Source: Felis catus
Lineage: Eukaryota
DNA: 64,000 nucleotides
Direction of reading: 5' to 3'
Assembly (NCBI RefSeq): GCF_018350175.1
Contig: NC_058369.1
Location: 16,122,001 to 16,186,000 of the forward strand
The notes beneath the pieces are model-generated. The model had not been told where the DNA came from. It made no database searches and saw nothing but the letters and a program-made list of their open reading frames with translations. This document shows, piece after piece, positions 62,535 to 64,000 of this stretch. Every line of letters starts with the position of its first letter. The stretch's first letter is position 1. A program made the position numbers and the translations under genes.

Positions 62535-62686
62535 ATTTGCATAGGGGAAAGCTCACTTTAATCCATTTCTGATTCGGCTTGGGATTTGCATTTCGGCCTT
62601 CAACTTCCACTTGCTTCTAATCCATTTCAAAACCATTCAGAGCTGTGAAGAATGCCCGGATGCAATCAAACCCAAAATCCACTTAA
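62535..62686. promoter_or_regulatory. Octamer/homeobox motif cluster; candidate TDGF1 (CRIPTO) upstream enhancer
   Basis: ATTTGCAT at 62535 and 62584; TAATCCATTTC at 62559 and 62618; AATCCAC overlapping CACTTAA at 62676-62686. Confidence 0.5.
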
Positions 62687-64000
62687 GAAGCGCTTTGAAA
62701 TGAGATTCTCCAGGTCTTGTGACCCCCACCGCTCTGCTGGAGCCGTGACTCGGTCGGTGTTCCCTCTCCATCAGCATTTTTTTTTTTTTGGAAACTAAAA
62801 TGGCACTTGGCGTAGATTTCTGGGCTTGTCTTATGACGGAAGGAGCCGGTGATTAGGGTGCCGGAGCTCTCTGTCTCCCCCACTGCGCTCAGCACACAGT
62901 AGCCGGTCAGTCAATATTTGTTGAATTTGATTGGCAGGAGAACAGTTTTGGTGGGAAAGCATTCTAAACCGTAGACATGGCTAAAAGCCTAAATCAGACT
63001 TCCGGTAAGCGCATCGAGATTATCTTGTCTTACATACAGTCAGCTGTCCCGAATAAGTTGTCCGGATTCAGCAGAGCGGGGAGCACTTAGGATTTCCTTT
63101 TCTTCCCTTCACTGTCTGGGGGGAGGGGCAGGCTTTGTTGGACTTCCCGGCTGGAGATGAGGCAAGCAAGTTGTCCTCCCGTGGTGCCTCTCAAAGACCT
63201 TGCCCTCGCCCCACCCCACCCCCTCCCGAAGCGACGGCTGAGACGTATTTCTGTCCCCCGGGGATGGGGCAGGCGGAATGAAATTAGCCGGAGGGAAGGC
63301 AGCCCAAGGTCACGCCGCACAAGAGGCCGGGGAAGCTGCGATGCTGGGCTGACCAGGTCTCTGGACCTCCTCGTCTGGGGAACAAGGCACTGGGGGACGG
63401 GTTGGTGAAAGATCTGAAAATAGGCAGCTCACAATACAGCGTGGCTAAGACGAGGTCAACCCCAGCAGCGGGCGCCGGGTCGGGGCTCCGGCCTAACCGG
63501 AAGCCGGGGAAGGGAGGACTGTCCTCCGGAGAGGGCTTCCCGGAGCAAATGGCAAGAAAGAAGTCAGTTCCAGTTAGTTCTAAGAGCTACCTGGCAGCTC
63601 GTAGAGAAAGAAACACAACATCCAATAAAACCCGGAGACGATGTGAATGCAAACCACGAGATACTATTTTCGGACACAGAATTGGTACAAATTAAGGTGC
63701 TTCCTGCAGCCGGCTGGCGAGGACAAAGGGGAAGGGAGCCTAGGTGGGCGGGGGAGAGGAGACTGGTGCAACCTTCCTGGGAGATGATTTGAAGTGCCCA
63801 CCCTTTAAGCAGGCAATTCCAGGGCCAGGCATTTCCTGGCTGGAAAAGCCTTCTCCCCATCAGCTTTCGTATCATCCGTGTGTCCCCTGGAGGGGCACCT
63901 TTCATTTTCCTTCAAGAACTTTCCCTTTTCCCCGTCGCAGTCACAGCTTGGCTAACTGTTGGGCAAAGGAGGCTTAGCTCTCAGCCTATGTCGGCTTTGG

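Noticed and set aside
1..64000. CRISPR array, operon or other prokaryotic/viral system; LTF or TDGF1 coding exons
   Set aside because: The sequence is intron-rich mammalian DNA, the repeats are SINEs and microsatellites with no repeat-spacer periodicity, and I found no LTF or TDGF1 peptide in the window.

Overview
Mammalian genomic DNA from a felid (cat-like), judged from about 50 tRNA-derived Can-SINE/SINEC_Fc elements and carnivore L1. It matches the RTP3-LRRC2 interval, which from memory is human 3p21.31, between LTF and TDGF1/CRIPTO. Two protein-coding genes can be built by hand. RTP3 (TMEM7) is on the + strand with 2 exons (2533-2687, 9166-9847). LRRC2 is on the - strand with 8 coding exons (40429 to 15550); all GT-AG phases are consistent and give 371 aa. 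Most notable observations: (1) RTP3 has an apparent 1-nt deletion near 9803 that puts its intact C-terminal transmembrane anchor out of frame; (2) RTP3 intron 1 holds a 3.8-kb almost pure (TTCC)n polypyrimidine tract with a hidden ~1.07-kb internal duplication; (3) a decayed LUZP1-like reading frame lies antisense in LRRC2 intron 1; (4) a nested insertion stack of old L1 > young L1 stub > 35-nt U2 snRNA fragment, each insert with its own target-site duplication (TSD); (5) a consensus-like competing 'poison' splice donor in LRRC2; (6) a double-octamer/TAATCC motif cluster near the right end, probably a TDGF1 enhancer. I found no prokaryote-type system and no convincing wholly new gene system. 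The ~1300-1400-aa ORFs are microsatellite artefacts. Repeat boundaries and subfamily names are by eye and approximate; comparisons with human proteins are from memory, not from a search.
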